Position numbers and translations under genes: made by a program. 64,000 bases of DNA from Malacoraja senta (lineage: Eukaryota), in the NCBI GenBank assembly GCA_038087875.1, contig JAXLNO010000659.1:62001-126000 (forward strand). Reading direction: 5' to 3'. Shown piece after piece: positions 60,240-64,000 of this stretch (position 1 is the first letter of the stretch; each line of letters begins with the position of its first letter). The notes under the pieces were generated by a model. That model worked only from the letters and a program-made list of their open reading frames with translations, searched no databases and was not told the origin of the DNA.

Positions 60240-62513
60240 CAGGGGTGGGCCTTCTAGGCCATTAAGTGTGGCCTTTTGAATGAATCCAAATTTTGTAATT
60301 GGCCAAATAAAAGATGTCACAAAATGGAGAATCTCTGTATTTGCAAAGCCTGCTTGGCCTCTTTCTGTGAAAGTTGCACCTGTGAGTCACAGCTCCAAGG
60401 AGTCTGGACCCTAGCTGGAAGTTGAGGATAAGGTGAGGTCCAGATGTCCTTCCTTTTGTTAATATGTGTGAGGGTTTTGCAGAAGAACTGAGCAGGTTAG
60501 CAAATGCATGATTAGGATTGGTCATAGGATGGGATGATGAATATTGTTAATTATGTTGCAGAGTGTTTGTGCTGTTATCTTGTGATTGTTTAAAGTGTGA
60601 AGCCTTGTTCAAATTGTTTATACTACCTGGGAAAATGTTTCTTTACTTTGGTTAACTGTCTTCCAACTAGATGGAAGTTGAGGATAAGGTGAGGTCCAGA
60701 TGTCCTTCCTTTTGTTAATATGTATGAGGGTTTTGCAGAAGAGCTGAGCAGGTTTGCAAATGCATGATTAGGATGAATTAGCCCTCAACGTAACAGAACA
60801 ATGTCACGCAATACTCCAGAAGGAAAATATATATTATTCAATCACTTTGGATGAATCAACTGATTCTACTGACTCGGCGCAGGTTTTATACTTCATTCGG
60901 GCCATAACAGAAAAAAAAAATTGCTACGAAGAGTTACTCGCTTTGGGCACTCTTACGGGTAGAACACGAGGAATAGATTTCTTCTACAACTTTCAAGATA
61001 AATGTCGTGAAGCTGGACTGGATTTGGTTAATTTAGTGAGTGTATGTACAGACGATGCACCTTCCATGACAGGAAAACGTGAAGAGTTTATTGCACAGAT
61101 AAAAAAGGTATTATCAGATCCAGATGCTATCATTTCTTTTCATTGTATCTTACATCAGCAAAATCTCTGTGCTAAATCTACTATTTTAAGTGACACTTTG
61201 CAACAAGTTATGTATTGTTAACTATATTCGTGCAAATGCGACACGGCATCGTCAGTTTCGTAATATGTTAAAGTTGGACGATGAGGCATTCAGTGTGGAT
61301 TTGCCATATTATTGTAAAGTGCGTTGGCTATCGCAGGGACAGGTGTTAGCAAAAATTTTATCTTTGTGAGAACAGATAGTTACATTTCAATGAGAACAGA
61401 ATCAGCAATGTGAATTATTGAAAGAAGATATCTATAGAAATACTGCATTTCTGTTTGATATCATTTCAAAGCAAAATGACGAATGTTTCTTTGCAAGGTC
61501 TATATATGATATGTGGCAAAGAATTCAAGCATTTTGAAAAAAGCTATCTTTTTTCAAAACTCTTCTTCAAAATGAAATTTCGGATGAACAATTTCCCCAG
61601 TTAGTGAAGGTCATTGATGAGCAGGAGGATTCATGCGAAAATTATTTGAAGAATACGCAGCTGTTATAGACTTATTAAATAAAGAATACAATGAGAGGTT
61701 TACTGACTTTGAGAATCATGACATCACACTCAAATTAGCATTTCAACCTCACATAGTTGATGTCTCCAAGGCTCCGAATAAACTACAGATGGAATTGATT
61801 GAGCTCTCAGAAGATGACATTTTAAAGTCCTTATTTGACCCTTTAAGGGCCTGTCCCACTTTCATGACCTTTATTACTCTTGGACATTTTTCATCATGTT
61901 GAAAAAACGCCCCGACCTACTTGATGCCACAAGTACCTACGACGAGCATCACGACCTGCTACAACCTACCTACGACCTCCTACGACCTCGTGACGACCAT
62001 GCTGCGAGTATGAGTCAAGGGCAAACTCGGCAGGGGTCGTCAATTAGGTCGTGAAAGTGGGACAGGCCCTTAAGAAAGATCCGATTGAAATATGGAAAAA
62101 TGCACTAGAATACCCACGTCTTCGGCAACATGCATGAAAAATGCTTTCTTGCTTTTCAACCACTTATCGCTGCGAATCTACATTCTCCTACCGAACCCAA
62201 ATCAAGACGCCCTTAAGGTCACAAATGATGGATACCCATCTAGAAGATCAGCTGAAACTGCATACCTCCATGTTGCAACCAAATATTCAAATGCTTTCTC
62301 ACAAAAATCAGTCACAACAAAATCATTAAGAGGTTAGTTAACTTTAGAATTAACCATTTTTTTCATTTTCTTGAAGTTAGTACAAAGTAGTTAGATTTTT
62401 ACAAAATAATGTACATTTTAAAGTATATCTAATTGAAGTTTCTTGGATGCGGCCTTATTAGATTACAGCTAACTTAACACGGCATTCCAACATGAAAAGG
62501 TTCCCCACCCCTG
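60240..62513 (+). mobile_element. hAT (Charlie/SPIN, GTF2IRD2-like) transposon with a decayed transposase
   Basis: TIR CAGGGGTGGG/CCCACCCCTG; transposase motifs LDESTD, CTDDAPSM, HCILHQ, RWLS, FSTTYRCESTFS with stops and frameshifts. Confidence 0.88.
61846..62070. mobile_element. PIF/Harbinger-like MITE nested in the hAT transposase
   Basis: AGGGCCTGTCCCACTTTCATGACCT / AGGTCGTGAAAGTGGGACAGGCCCT. Confidence 0.85.
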
Positions 62514-63005
62514 TCCTAGACTCCCCCACTAGTGTGAACATCCTCTCCACATCCACTCTATCCAAGCCTTTCACTATTTGACATTTTTCAAAGAGGACCC
62601 TCCTTATTCTACTAAACTCCTAAACTCCTTCTAAAATCCTCTAGGGATCATTCTTTTAAACCTCCTCTGGACCCTCTCCAGGGCCAGCACATCCTTCCTC
62701 AAATATGGTGCCCCAAATTGCTCACAATACTCCAAGTGTGGCTTGACCAGTGCCTTATAGAGCCTCAGCTCTATAAGCTCTAAAAACATCCCTGTTTTTT
62801 GTATTCTAGCCCTCTTGTAATAAATGCTAGTATTGCATTTGCCTTCTTTACTACCAATTCGACTTGCAGATTATCTTTTTGGGAATCCTACACCAGCACT
62901 CCCAAGTCCTTTTACACCTCTGATTACTGGATTCCCCATTTAGAAAATAGTCGATGCCTTTATTCCTACTACCAAAATGCGTGACTCCACAATTTGCTAC
63001 ACTTT
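62514..63005 (-). mobile_element. Decayed CR1 fragment
   Basis: Reverse complement of the PHLEYC-region CR1 sequence. Confidence 0.7.
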
Positions 63006-63548
63006 GCTATCACATCAATCGCTCATTATTTTATTGTACAATAGTAGGTAAGAAATTGAAGTAGGAAGTGGCTATTTGCCCCCTCGAGTCCGAGGTGCCA
63101 TTCAGTAAAATCATGGGTGATCCTTTACCTCAGCACCACTTTCCCTTCATGAACTCCATATCCCACAATCTTTTTAATATGTGGAAATTGTAGAGACATT
63201 CTGACCCAACAACTGGAGCAGTAGCGTTAAACCTTTATGCAATTGTGTGACCAGTGGTTTATATATATAGATATTTATTTATTATTATACAAATTGTAAC
63301 TTGAAAGTGAAAAAATCCTTCTTTCTGGAACCTCAATGACCTGCAATTCTGATTCATTTTCTGGTGCACCATGGATTTTGATTGCACTCTTAGATCCGCA
63401 CCTTTCGATCATTTGGCCTTAAGCTCTGAAATGATCTCGCCAAAATTTTCTCTCTTGCTTTCTTTCTTTCTCTCTCTTGCTTCCTTTCTTTTACTTTCTC
63501 TCTCCCACTTTCTTTTCTCCCTCTCGCTGTCTCTCTCTCTTTCTCTCT

Positions 63549-64000
63549 CTTTTTTTTTTTTTTTTTTAACTTTTCAAAAACTTTATTCAACACACTCAAT
63601 GATACAACACATCAATACATAATCAAAAGATACATTAGATCAAAACAAATCATTATAGTACAACAGTACATTCATTATTTACTATACTCTCCACCCCACG
63701 TGGTGACCAGCGCCCACGGAAGGCCTCCAGAGTCCCTGTGGACACCGCATGTTCCCGCTCCGGAAGAGGGGCAGGCAGCCAACTCTAGCCTCACCATCGA
63801 CCGCCCGCTGCCTGGACCCACGAATGGCCATCTTAACCAGGCCCAGGAGCAAACCGACAGGGAGGTCCCACCCCCCCACTTGGCTCTCCCCACACCCTAC
63901 CTTATGCCCACACACTAGAATCGTGGGACTAAAATGCAACCAGAACTTAAGGAACAACCCCTTCACATATTGGTACAGGGGCAGTAACCTTGCACACTCC
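63549..64000 (-). mobile_element. Tx1/L1-like LINE 3' end
   Basis: ORF2 C-terminal motif (ECARLLPL...FWLHFSPT...LLLGLVKMAI), AATAAA and poly(A) tail on the minus strand. Confidence 0.65.

Overview
Vertebrate genomic DNA, most likely a cartilaginous fish (skate/ray-like), inferred from the HE1/V-SINE, CR1 and Penelope repeat content. The only host gene is glycine decarboxylase (GLDC): eight + strand coding exons equivalent to human exons 3-10 (11279-60015), with canonical splice sites and a continuous frame, but several substitutions at normally conserved residues. The rest is intronic or upstream DNA dense in nested transposons. Main observations: (1) a non-autonomous Helitron (7427-8675, minus strand; TC...hairpin-CTAG, A|T target) that has captured the first coding exon and GC-rich flanks of ALG13 and sits upstream of GLDC exon 3, with the exon in the same orientation as GLDC. 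(2) A second Helitron of the same family (42944-48028) whose cargo is a 4.5-kb, 47-bp minisatellite; this explains the giant repetitive ORFs. (3) A ~136-bp retroposon (4787-4922, minus) whose first 55 nt fold into a minimal HDV-like self-cleaving ribozyme starting at the insertion boundary. (4) A young 1.5-mer tandem Penelope element with hammerhead motifs, inserted into a young CR1 with a 13-bp TSD. (5) A 4 x ~1.56-kb tandem duplication carrying a Gypsy-like LTR just upstream of GLDC exon 4. There is a 200-N assembly gap at 22269-22468. Family assignments come from motif recognition, not database searches, and the boundaries of decayed repeats are approximate.
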